Positions 35,125-42,896 of a stretch of DNA of 46,612 bases are shown here, one piece after another. Each line of letters starts with the position of its first letter. Position 1 is the stretch's first letter. Position numbers and translations under genes: made by a program. The stretch covers positions 1-46,612 of the forward strand of contig DATFMZ010000156.1 in NCBI GenBank assembly GCA_035266665.1. The letters run 5' to 3'. The stretch comes from Gemmatimonadales bacterium. Lineage in GTDB: Bacteria; Gemmatimonadota; Gemmatimonadetes; Gemmatimonadales; GWC2-71-9. The notes under the pieces are model-generated. The model had not been told where the DNA came from and did no database searches. It saw only the letters and a program-made list of their open reading frames with translations.

Positions 35125-35802
35125 GTGTTCCTGGGACACTTCGGTGTGGCGTTCGGCGCGAAACGCGCCACCCCACGCACCTCGCTCGGCGTGCTCTTCG
35201 TTGCGGCGCAGCTCCCCGATCTCCTCTGGCCCGTCTTTCTGGCCCTGGGGTGGGAGCATGTCGCCGTGCAGCCCGGCAGCACGGCGTTCACGCCGCTCGC
35301 CTTCTTGAGCTACCCGATCTCGCACAGCCTGCTCATGGTCGTCGTGTGGGCGATCCTGGCCGCGGTGGCGTACGCGTTCTGGCGCCACGATAGCTGGGGC
35401 GCGCTGGTCATCGGGTTCCTGGTGCTCAGTCATTGGCTGCTCGACGCCCTCTCACACAAGCCGGATCTCCCGCTCTACCCCGGCGGGCCGCTCGTGGGCG
35501 CCGGGTTATGGGACTCGGTGCGGGCGACGCTCGTGGTGGAGGGCGGGATCTTCCTGGCGGGTCTCGCCGTCTATCTGCGCGCGACGGTCGCGCGGGACGG
35601 CATTGGGAAGTCGGCACTCTTCCTGCTCGTCGCCCTGCTCGTGCTGATCTACGTCGGAGGCGTGGTGGGACCGCCACCACCCAGTGCGCGGGCGGTGATC
35701 ATTTCAGGGTTCGCCGCCTGGCTCTTTCCGTTCTGGGCGTGGTGGGTGGACTCGCATCGGGTGTCACGAGAAGACATCGACCCCGAGGTCGTGGAGGCCT
35801 GA
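35125..35802 (+). CDS. membrane-bound metal-dependent-hydrolase-like protein (YdjM/DUF457-like)
   Basis: Multi-TM protein. (V)FLGHFGVAFGAKRATPRTSLGVLFVAAQLPDLLWP matches the usual N-terminus of this family (MF-GH....AAK). It also carries LSHWLLDALSH. GTG 35125 is preferred over TTG 35041, which would leave only 22 nt to the divergent gene. Confidence 0.6.
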   Translation: MFLGHFGVAFGAKRATPRTSLGVLFVAAQLPDLLWPVFLALGWEHVAVQPGSTAFTPLAFLSYPISHSLLMVVVWAILAAVAYAFWRHDSWGALVIGFLVLSHWLLDALSHKPDLPLYPGGPLVGAGLWDSVRATLVVEGGIFLAGLAVYLRATVARDGIGKSALFLLVALLVLIYVGGVVGPPPPSARAVIISGFAAWLFPFWAWWVDSHRVSREDIDPEVVEA

Positions 35803-35803
35803 C

Positions 35804-36190
35804 GTGCCACCTCGTACCGCACGTGCCGGACTCGCTCCGCTCCCGCCGCGCGCCACGTTCCTCCGGCGCCTCGCGCGGAGCACGCTGATCAGCACGGTGG
35901 TGATCGGCATCTGTCTCGGAATCGGTATCGCGGGGTACCGCATCTTCGCGGGGCTCGGCTGGGTGGAGTCGCTACTCAATGCGTCGATGATTCTCACCGG
36001 GATGGGCCCTGTCGATCCCATGACCACGACCGGGGCGAAACTCTTCGCCTCGTTCTACGCCCTGTTCAGTGGCGTTGCGTTTCTCACGATCGTCGCCGTG
36101 CTGTTCGCACCGGTGGTCCACCGGTTCCTGCACCGGTTTCATATCGAGCTGGCGGCGGATGACGGGGATGAGGATCAACTCGTGGAGTAG
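35804..36190 (+). CDS. small 2-TM pore-loop (potassium-channel-like) membrane protein with a non-canonical filter
   Basis: 128 aa, with the GTG start 1 nt after the upstream stop. The order is TM1 (LISTVVIGICLGIGIAGY), pore-helix-like WVESLLNASMILTGMGPVDP, then TM2 (KLFASFYALFSGVAFLTIVAVLFAPVV). This aligns by eye with KcsA WWSVETATTVGYGDLYP... Confidence 0.5.
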   Translation: MPPRTARAGLAPLPPRATFLRRLARSTLISTVVIGICLGIGIAGYRIFAGLGWVESLLNASMILTGMGPVDPMTTTGAKLFASFYALFSGVAFLTIVAVLFAPVVHRFLHRFHIELAADDGDEDQLVE

Positions 36191-36197
36191 GCTGTCC

Positions 36198-36221
36198 GGC
36201 AGAGCGGCAGAGTGGCAGAGT
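36198..36221. repeat. three tandem 8-mers (CGGCAGAG CGGCAGAG TGGCAGAG)
   Basis: Read directly from the sequence, in the 85-nt spacer upstream of the outer-membrane protein gene. Confidence 0.7.
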
Positions 36222-36275
36222 GCCGGTGGGGGCAGGTGGGGCGGAGCCGGTATCCGAGGTACATGAGGAGACGTG

Positions 36276-37052
36276 ATGCGGCGCGTGCTCGTCGGATTGG
36301 CGTTGACGGTCATGCTTGCGGTGCCGCAGATGGCGGTCGCGCAAGACAACACCGAGATCCAGGTCTACGGCGCGGATCTCGTGGCGCCCGGCGCCACGAT
36401 GGTGGAACTCCACAGCAACTTCACCTTCCGCGGCCGCGCCGACACCGTGGACGGCGTGCTGCCGACCCGGCACGCGTTTCACGAGACGCTCGAGATCACG
36501 CACGGCTTCACGTCGATCTTCGAGGTGGGCTTCTATCTCTTCACCAACGAACGCGCCGGTGACGGCGCGGCCGTCACCGGGGTGCACGTGCGGCCACGCT
36601 TCCGGATCCCGGCGTCGTGGCACCTGCCGGTGGGGTTGAGCCTCTCGAATGAGATCGGCTACGCGCGGCGAAAGTTCTCACCCGATACGTGGACCTGGGA
36701 GATCCGGCCGATCATCGACCAGACGATCGGCCCCGTGTACTGGTCGTTCAATCCGGTGCTCGAGGTGGCGCTGCACGGCGAGAGCGCGGGCCAGGCACCC
36801 GGCTTTTCACCGAACGCGAAGGTGGCTGTACAGGTGGTGCCGTGGATGCAGATGGGTGTCGAGTACTACGGTGCGCTCGGGCCCGTCAGCGGCTTCGATC
36901 CGCTCCAAGCCCAGGAGCAGCAGATCTTCCCGGCGCTCGACTTCAACTTCTCGCCCAATCTGGAGATCAACGCCGGGGTGGGATTCGGTCTCACCAACGC
37001 GACCGACAAACTGCTCGCCAAGCTGATTCTGGGATACCGCTTCGGCGCTTAG
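36276..37052 (+). CDS. putative outer-membrane beta-barrel protein
   Basis: ATG 36276 lies 5 nt after GAGGAG. The signal peptide is MRRVLVGLALTVMLAVPQMAVAQ. It shows amphipathic beta-strand periodicity and the aromatic-rich C-terminus ...LILGYRFGA. Confidence 0.65.
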   Translation: MRRVLVGLALTVMLAVPQMAVAQDNTEIQVYGADLVAPGATMVELHSNFTFRGRADTVDGVLPTRHAFHETLEITHGFTSIFEVGFYLFTNERAGDGAAVTGVHVRPRFRIPASWHLPVGLSLSNEIGYARRKFSPDTWTWEIRPIIDQTIGPVYWSFNPVLEVALHGESAGQAPGFSPNAKVAVQVVPWMQMGVEYYGALGPVSGFDPLQAQEQQIFPALDFNFSPNLEINAGVGFGLTNATDKLLAKLILGYRFGA

Positions 37053-37285
37053 GTGTCCGTGGCGTCGGGTTCGGATCCTTCGACCGCCGTGCGCCACACT
37101 TCGTCGGCCAGCCATTCGAGCCGTTCCTGCGCGTACGTGACCTCCTCCGACGTCATCGTCTGCACGGTGCGACTGATCAACCGGACGTGCTCGACGAGAT
37201 CGTCGAGGACTTCACGCAGGGCGCGGTTTCTCCGGCGCTCGGGAGTGCTGGCTGGGCGAGAGGATTTCTTGGCCCGGGGGCTCAC
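37049..37285 (-). CDS. small hypothetical protein (basic N-terminus, acidic helical C-terminus)
   Basis: 78 aa from a GTG that overlaps the upstream stop (GTGA at 37282-37285). No family was recognised. The call rests on ORF and coupling geometry only. Confidence 0.35.
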   Translation of the reverse strand: MSPRAKKSSRPASTPERRRNRALREVLDDLVEHVRLISRTVQTMTSEEVTYAQERLEWLADEVWRTAVEGSEPDATDT

Positions 37286-38223
37286 GCGGTCTGGGCTCCG
37301 GCGAGATCGTCCCATCCCTCGCACTCCTCCGCCGCCATCCGCAGTGCCTGCGCGATCCCATGCTCCGCCACGACGCGTTCGATCATCCGGCGGCCCACGT
37401 AGTAACCGGCGCGCTCGGGAATCACCTTGCCGCCTACCAACCGCTGGGCCGCGCTCATGCCGCCGGAGAGATACCGCAGGCGCAGGCCCAACCCCGTACG
37501 ATCGAGATCCTGCGCGATCGCGCGACGGAGGAACGCGTCGAGCTCGCGGAGCCGCCGGTACTGCCGGCGGCTGTACCCGAGATAATCCCACGGCTCGAAT
37601 CCGGCGGCCGCTTCCTCCGCCGCGGCCACGGCGAGCCCCTCGTTCACGAGCAGTTCCCGAAGCGTCGCGCGGCTCCCGCTCTCCCAGTAGTCGTAGGTGC
37701 CGCGCGCATCGGCCACGATGCGCGCCATCTCGCTCTGGCTCACCGGCGAGGTGTAGCGCACCGTGTGCGCGATCTCGTGGGCGATCCAGAGCGGGAGGAG
37801 CTTGGGATCGAGGCCGAGGCCCAGCGTTTCGGGATTGGGGCGTCCCGTGAAGTGCTCGAGACAGACGAACGCGATGCCGCGGCCGCCCACGACGAGCTCT
37901 CCGGCGTTGGCGGCGCCGACCCCCACCATGAGATAGAGATCCACCAGGCGATCCGTCTCGAAGCGAATCTCGCAGTCGAGCAGCGCTTGCTGGGCGATCG
38001 CCGCCACGTCGACGTCGTCCAGGAGCTGCCGGAGATCGCGCCGCTCCGCGTCGAGCGTGCGGCGAATCACATCTTCGGCGTGCGGGCTGTCGAGATCGAG
38101 AACGTAATTGCGCCAGTACGACGCGAGGACGGGGCGATGCTCTTCGAGATACCGATGGTACGCCGCAAGCGGGTCAGGCGCATCGAGCGCGGCGAGGAAC
38201 TCGGGGACGAGGTTGATGAGCAT
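37282..38223 (-). CDS. DUF2268-like putative zinc metalloprotease (HExxH)
   Basis: 313 aa from ATG 38223 (MLINLVPEF...). It contains WIAHEIAHTV, an HExxH motif. The DUF2268-like assignment is from memory. Confidence 0.6.
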   Translation of the reverse strand: MLINLVPEFLAALDAPDPLAAYHRYLEEHRPVLASYWRNYVLDLDSPHAEDVIRRTLDAERRDLRQLLDDVDVAAIAQQALLDCEIRFETDRLVDLYLMVGVGAANAGELVVGGRGIAFVCLEHFTGRPNPETLGLGLDPKLLPLWIAHEIAHTVRYTSPVSQSEMARIVADARGTYDYWESGSRATLRELLVNEGLAVAAAEEAAAGFEPWDYLGYSRRQYRRLRELDAFLRRAIAQDLDRTGLGLRLRYLSGGMSAAQRLVGGKVIPERAGYYVGRRMIERVVAEHGIAQALRMAAEECEGWDDLAGAQTA

Positions 38224-38323
38224 CGGGCGCAACGAATTTGTCGCGCGTCCGACGCGCTGACAAGTCCCGATTTTTGTGCAACGTGAAGTTGATGTTTGCG
38301 ACGATCGCCGATGCCGCGCGGCG

Positions 38324-38818
38324 TCACCCCACCAATGCGGTGAGTTGGTCGGCGTCCTCGGCCGTGTAGCCGAAGAAGACCACGGTCTCGATGTCGTCGG
38401 CGTCGCGGGATGCGCGAATCGCATCGAGCATCACTTCGGCGGCGCGGCGGAACGGAAAGCCCGCCACGCCGCTCCCCAACACCGGAAACGCAATCGTCGC
38501 GATGCCGTGCTGGGCCGCCAGACGGAGCGAGGCGGTCGTGGCGTCGTGGATGGTTTCCTCGGAGGCGGGGCGATCGCCCATGGCGGCCGCGTGGATGACG
38601 TACTTCACGCCGAGCTTCCCGGCGCCGGTGAGCGCCGCCTCGCCTACGTCGATCGGATCGTGGCGGTCGCACTCTTCCTGAATGGTAGGGCCGCCGGCTC
38701 GGCGGATCGCACCCGCGACGCCCGCGCCAAGGACGAGGCGGTTGTTGGCGGCGTTGACGATGGCGTCGCCCTCGAAGGTGGTGATGTCACCCTGTCGAAC
38801 GCGGATCCGAGGGGCCAT
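38324..38818 (-). CDS. macro-domain protein (O-acetyl-ADP-ribose deacetylase / ADP-ribose binding)
   Basis: [34 protein letters not shown]...VIHAA...[14 protein letters not shown] are canonical macro-domain motifs. 164 aa. Confidence 0.9.
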   Translation of the reverse strand: MAPRIRVRQGDITTFEGDAIVNAANNRLVLGAGVAGAIRRAGGPTIQEECDRHDPIDVGEAALTGAGKLGVKYVIHAAAMGDRPASEETIHDATTASLRLAAQHGIATIAFPVLGSGVAGFPFRRAAEVMLDAIRASRDADDIETVVFFGYTAEDADQLTALVG

Positions 38819-38819
38819 C

Positions 38820-39671
38820 TCAGTGTCCGCGCAGCTGCCGGCTCATTTCGTCGAGGAAGCGCCGCTCGGCGGCCGTGAGACTCTCGAGGCCGGACCGAGA
38901 GATCTTGTCGAGCACGCGGTCCACTTCCTTGCTGGGATCGTCGGGCGGCTCGGAGGGTTTGGTGGGGCCGTTGCCGGCCTCGTGCTCGCCGCTCACGGTG
39001 TGATGCACGAGCACGCGCGCCTTGGGGGCGGCGGCCTTGGGGCGCGCCGCGCGGCCGATCACGCGCTCACCCCTGAGGTACGCGAACGCGAAGAGCAGGC
39101 CACCCAGATGGGCGAGATGCGCGATCCCGTCTTCGAGGTGGAGCATCGGCAACGCGAGCGGAATCACGTCGAGCGCCACCAGGCCCGCCACCAGATACCG
39201 GACCGGGATGGGGAACGGGAACGGGAAGATGAACACCTGTGTGTTCGGCCAGTACATCGCGAACGCGAGTGCGACTCCGAACACGGCGGCCGACGCGCCC
39301 ACGAAGGGCGCGACGTGGGCGAAGAGCGAGATGCCGAACGCCAGGATGGGGCCACCCAACCCGCAGAGCAGGTAGAACCGAATGAAGGCGCTGCCGCCCA
39401 TTTTCTCTTCGACCGGCGGGCCGAAGAAGAACAGCATCAGCATGTTGAACGCGAGGTGCAGGAATCCCGCGTGCACGAACATGTACGTGACGAAGGTCCA
39501 CGGATGGGTCAGCGCGGCGTCCGGCGCGAAGCCGAGCGTCGTGAGCATCCATTGCTCGGTAAAGACGGTGATCCCGAGCAGGTAGACCACCGCGTTTGCC
39601 ACGAGCAGCCGCCGGACCCAGGGGGTCAGGTGGAAGGGTGACGAACGCGTGGTGGAATCGGACCAGGTCAT
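38820..39671 (-). CDS. rhomboid-family intramembrane serine protease with a C-terminal cytoplasmic extension
   Basis: [27 protein letters not shown] (the GxSG serine) and the AHLAHLGG histidine. About 6 TM helices plus an ~80-aa soluble tail. Confidence 0.88.
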   Translation of the reverse strand: MTWSDSTTRSSPFHLTPWVRRLLVANAVVYLLGITVFTEQWMLTTLGFAPDAALTHPWTFVTYMFVHAGFLHLAFNMLMLFFFGPPVEEKMGGSAFIRFYLLCGLGGPILAFGISLFAHVAPFVGASAAVFGVALAFAMYWPNTQVFIFPFPFPIPVRYLVAGLVALDVIPLALPMLHLEDGIAHLAHLGGLLFAFAYLRGERVIGRAARPKAAAPKARVLVHHTVSGEHEAGNGPTKPSEPPDDPSKEVDRVLDKISRSGLESLTAAERRFLDEMSRQLRGH

Positions 39672-39680
39672 ATTCCCAAT

Positions 39681-40721
39681 CTACTCCCCGAGGGCGGGTC
39701 TTTGTTCCGCCGCCCGCAGGGCACGGTCCAGGGCGCTCCGGCAGATCGCTTCACACAGCGCCGCAAAACCGATGCCCGCCGCCGCCGCCGATTGGGGCAA
39801 AAGGCTGGTGCCGGTGAGGCCCGGCAGGGTGTTGGCCTCGAGGCAATAGGCCATGCCGTCGTCGCCCAACCGGAAGTCGACCCGCGAAAAGTCGCGGAGC
39901 TTGAGCGCGCGATGTGCCGCCAGCGCAAGGGTTTGCAGGTGGGTCGCCGTCTCGGCCGGGAGGTCGGCCGGGAAGATTTCTTCGCTCATTCCCGGGGTGT
40001 ACTTGCACTCATAATCGAAGATCTCGTGTCGCGGGACGATCTCCCCCACCGCGAGCGCGCGGTCATCGAGAATGCCCACCGTCAGCTCTCTGCCGGGAAT
40101 GAAGCGCTCGATCATGACTTCGTCGTCGTAGCGCGCGGCCACGTTCACGGCGGGGCGCAGCTCACGCGGCTTACGGACGATCGTGAGTCCCACGGTCGAG
40201 CCCACCTTGACCGGCTTCACCACGAGCGGAAGACCGAGTGCCTCGATGGCGGATTCCGACGCGGGCCACATCACCCACTCGGGCGTCGGCACGCCCGCCT
40301 GGTGGAGGATGCGCTTCGCGACGTCCTTGTCCATCGCGAGCGCACTCCCGAGCATTCCGCTTCCGGTGTAGGGGATCCCGGCGGTGCCGAGCAGGGCCTG
40401 CAGCTCCCCTCCCTCACCCTGGCGCCCGTGAACAACGAGAAAGACGAGCTCGGCATCGCGCACCGCGGGGAGCGCCACGAGCGCGGCACGGAGCTCGTCA
40501 CGCGCGAGCGCCGCGAGCTCGGCTGCGTCCGGGGGTGTCGTAGGCACGGTGGTGCGGAGGAGGCGTGCCTCGTCTTCCGGCGAGAGCGCCCCGGCGGTCG
40601 TGTCGACGACGGTGACGTCGTGGCCCTGCGTCCGCAGGGCGCCCACGACCTGCGCGGCGCCCGCGAACGCGACGTCGCGCTCCGGGGATGAGCCCCCCGT
40701 GACCACCGCGATCCGTGTCAT
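39681..40721 (-). CDS. ddl: D-alanine--D-alanine ligase
   Basis: 346 aa from ATG 40721 (MTRIAVVTGGSSPERDVAF...). ATP-grasp motifs include HGRQGEGGELQALL and the C-terminal EANTLPGLT. The track ORF start at 41036 is an extension across queD. Confidence 0.93.
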   Translation of the reverse strand: MTRIAVVTGGSSPERDVAFAGAAQVVGALRTQGHDVTVVDTTAGALSPEDEARLLRTTVPTTPPDAAELAALARDELRAALVALPAVRDAELVFLVVHGRQGEGGELQALLGTAGIPYTGSGMLGSALAMDKDVAKRILHQAGVPTPEWVMWPASESAIEALGLPLVVKPVKVGSTVGLTIVRKPRELRPAVNVAARYDDEVMIERFIPGRELTVGILDDRALAVGEIVPRHEIFDYECKYTPGMSEEIFPADLPAETATHLQTLALAAHRALKLRDFSRVDFRLGDDGMAYCLEANTLPGLTGTSLLPQSAAAAGIGFAALCEAICRSALDRALRAAEQRPALGE

Positions 40722-41107
40722 CGCGGGCGATAGACCACGCGATACTGCGGCATTTCCCAGAGCTCGAGCTCCACGACCTGTGCCGCGGGCGCCGCGCGCG
40801 CGAGCAGCTCCTCGACTCGGCCGCACACCACGCGCGCGAGCCGTTCCGCCGTGGGCGGACCCTCGCGGAACGGTTCGAGCTCGTTCAAGTAGCGATGCTC
40901 GAAGTCCCCGACGGCCTCTCCCGCGATCCGCTCGAGCGTGCGAAAATCGACACCCATTCCCGAGCGATCGAGCGCATCCTGCTCCACGCGCACGGTCACA
41001 CGGGTGCGCCAATTGTGGCCGTGCATGCGTTCGCACATGGGCACCCCCGGCAGCGTGTGCGCCGCCGAAAATCCCGCTTCTGCCGAGAGCAGATAGTGGG
41101 CGCTCAT
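40718..41107 (-). CDS. queD: 6-carboxytetrahydropterin synthase / 6-pyruvoyl-tetrahydropterin synthase family
   Basis: 129 aa. FSAAHTLPG..CERMHGHNWRTRVTV carries the Cys and His-x-His zinc/catalytic motif. It has ATGA overlaps at both ends (41104-41107 and 40718-40721). Confidence 0.85.
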   Translation of the reverse strand: MSAHYLLSAEAGFSAAHTLPGVPMCERMHGHNWRTRVTVRVEQDALDRSGMGVDFRTLERIAGEAVGDFEHRYLNELEPFREGPPTAERLARVVCGRVEELLARAAPAAQVVELELWEMPQYRVVYRPR

Positions 41108-42492
41108 CGGATCCCCGCCACGTGGCGCAACACGTCGTAGCGTGTCACGATCCCCGCGAGCTTGCCCCCGGAGCGCACGAGCACGGCCGGTGTCTCGCGG
41201 GAGAGCAGTGCCGTGAAGCGATCCATCGGCAGCTCGGAATCCACCACGGGATACGGCGCCTCCATCACATCCCGCACGGGGTGCTCGAGCACCACCGGTT
41301 CCCCGATGGCGCGTGCCATGAGCAGCGACTCGGACACCGCCCCCACGCAATCCCCGCCCTCGATCACCGGGAGCTGCGAGACGTTGTAGGTGCTCATGAG
41401 GTTCAGCGCCTGTCGCACCGTGCCGCCGCTCGCCACGGTGACGAGCGGAGGGGCACCGTTCGCCTTCGCCTTGAGAATGGCCGTGGCGGTGACGCGCTCC
41501 GTCTCGAGCAACTGGTTCTCTTGCAGCCATTCGTCGTTGAAGAGCTTCGAGAGATAGCGCTCCCCGGTATCCGGCAGAATCGCGACCACCAGGGCGTCCG
41601 GGTCGTCCAGCTCGCGCGCCACGTCGAGGGCCACGACCACGTTGAGTCCCGCCGAGCCGCCCACGAACAATCCCTCTTCGCGTACCAGCCGCCGGGCCAT
41701 CTGAAAGGCGGCCGCATCGCTCACGGTACGGAACTCGTCGATGTACTGGAAATGCAGTGTGTCGGGGATCTTGTCGCCGCCGATCCCCTCGACCTTGTAC
41801 GGCGCGCCCTCAGGTATGGTCTGCGTCCGGCTGTACTCGGCAAAGATCGATCCCTCGGGATCGCCGGAGATCACGCGCACCTTCGCGTTCTGCTCCTTCA
41901 GATACCGCCCAGTGCCGCTCAACGTCCCGCCCGTACCCGGCGAGGCGATGAAGTGCGTCACGCGACCCTCGGTCTGTTGCCAGATCTCCGGGCCCGTGGT
42001 CCGGTAGTGTGCCTCGGGATTGATCTGGTTGTAGAACTGGTTCGCGAGGACCGCGTTCGGCGTCTCCTTCACGATCGCCTTGGCCTTCATGACGTAGTTG
42101 TCGGGATGATCCGGTGGAACCGCCGTCGGCGTGATGATCACCTCGGCGCCGAAGGCACGGAGCAGCCGGACCTTCTCCTGCGACATCTTGTCGGGCATCG
42201 TGAAGATGCAGCGATAGCCCTTGAGGGCCGCGGCGAGCGCGAGGCCGATGCCGGTGTTTCCCGACGTGCCCTCCACCACGACCCCGCCCGGCTTGAGCTC
42301 GCCACGGCGCTCCGCATCCTCGATGATCGCGATGCCGATCCGGTCCTTGATCGACCCGCCCGGGTTGAAGTACTCGGCCTTGCCGTAGACCGGCGTGCGG
42401 AGCCCTGTGGTCACCCGGCTCAGCCGTATGAGGGGAGTCCACCCGATCGTCTGCAGGACGTCATCGTACGGCTTCAGGTGTTGGGGGCTCAC
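41104..42492 (-). CDS. cystathionine beta-synthase (PLP cysteine-synthase fold plus tandem CBS domains)
   Basis: 462 aa from GTG 42492, which overlaps the upstream stop. Motifs are KAEYFNPGGSIKDR (the PLP lysine) and GTSGNTGIGLA. A C-terminal Bateman module is present (two CBS repeats). Confidence 0.9.
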   Translation of the reverse strand: MSPQHLKPYDDVLQTIGWTPLIRLSRVTTGLRTPVYGKAEYFNPGGSIKDRIGIAIIEDAERRGELKPGGVVVEGTSGNTGIGLALAAALKGYRCIFTMPDKMSQEKVRLLRAFGAEVIITPTAVPPDHPDNYVMKAKAIVKETPNAVLANQFYNQINPEAHYRTTGPEIWQQTEGRVTHFIASPGTGGTLSGTGRYLKEQNAKVRVISGDPEGSIFAEYSRTQTIPEGAPYKVEGIGGDKIPDTLHFQYIDEFRTVSDAAAFQMARRLVREEGLFVGGSAGLNVVVALDVARELDDPDALVVAILPDTGERYLSKLFNDEWLQENQLLETERVTATAILKAKANGAPPLVTVASGGTVRQALNLMSTYNVSQLPVIEGGDCVGAVSESLLMARAIGEPVVLEHPVRDVMEAPYPVVDSELPMDRFTALLSRETPAVLVRSGGKLAGIVTRYDVLRHVAGIR

Positions 42493-42896
42493 GAGCCGTC
42501 TCCCATGGAGGTCCCGCTCGGGTGCCGGAAGTGCACCGGTTGGAGGAACGCCGTCGCGACGGGCACGCCGTCCTTCCGCGCGGGAGCGAAGCGCATGTTC
42601 GGCACGCCCGCGAGCGCCGCCGAATCGAGCGCCGCCGAGCCGGAACTCTCGGCGACGCTCGTCGACTCCGGGACGACCTTCCCCGTGGAATCGACGAAGA
42701 GGTGGAGGACCACCGTACCCTCGGTGTGCGCCTCGTAGAGCGCGACGGGATAGCGCACCGGCGGCTCGGCGTTGAGCGCGACCGGCGGCTCGAAGCCCGT
42801 CGCCGGTGGCTTGCCGCTGTCGGTCGGGGGCGGTGCGGAACGGGAGCATGCGCCGAGGGCGAGCGCGAGCCCGACGATCAGGGAGAGACGCATCAA
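42489..42896 (-). CDS. TonB C-terminal-domain lipoprotein
   Basis: Lipobox LALALGAC. The segment PVRYPVALYEAHTEGTVVLHLFVDSTGKV...SSGSAALDSAAL..RFAPARKDGVPV matches the TonB_C pattern. The start is TTG 42896 or ATG 42893, overlapping the mutS stop. Confidence 0.7.
   Translation of the reverse strand: MMRLSLIVGLALALGACSRSAPPPTDSGKPPATGFEPPVALNAEPPVRYPVALYEAHTEGTVVLHLFVDSTGKVVPESTSVAESSGSAALDSAALAGVPNMRFAPARKDGVPVATAFLQPVHFRHPSGTSMGDGS

Noticed and set aside
38324-38818. Macro-domain gene as a DarG-like antitoxin or defence component
   Set aside because: No DarT-like or other ADP-ribosyltransferase partner is adjacent. The gene is a 164-aa stand-alone macro domain, 1 nt downstream of the rhomboid gene inside a housekeeping operon.
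39681-41036. Long N-terminal extensions of ddl, CBS (to 42849), dnaA (to 17200), the GH gene (to 35291) and the SPOR protein (to 46488)
   Set aside because: The extensions are Arg/Gly/Ala-rich and overlap the upstream genes. Internal starts give proper N-termini (signal peptides, the Tat motif, family-typical first residues) and 4-nt coupling overlaps.
40549-42738. 729-aa plus-strand ORF (also 42806..44368, 15869..17149 and 29876..31021)
   Set aside because: These are antisense to ddl/queD/CBS, mutS, dnaA and the EamA/lipoprotein genes respectively. No motifs are present, and they show the GC-driven absence of stop codons.
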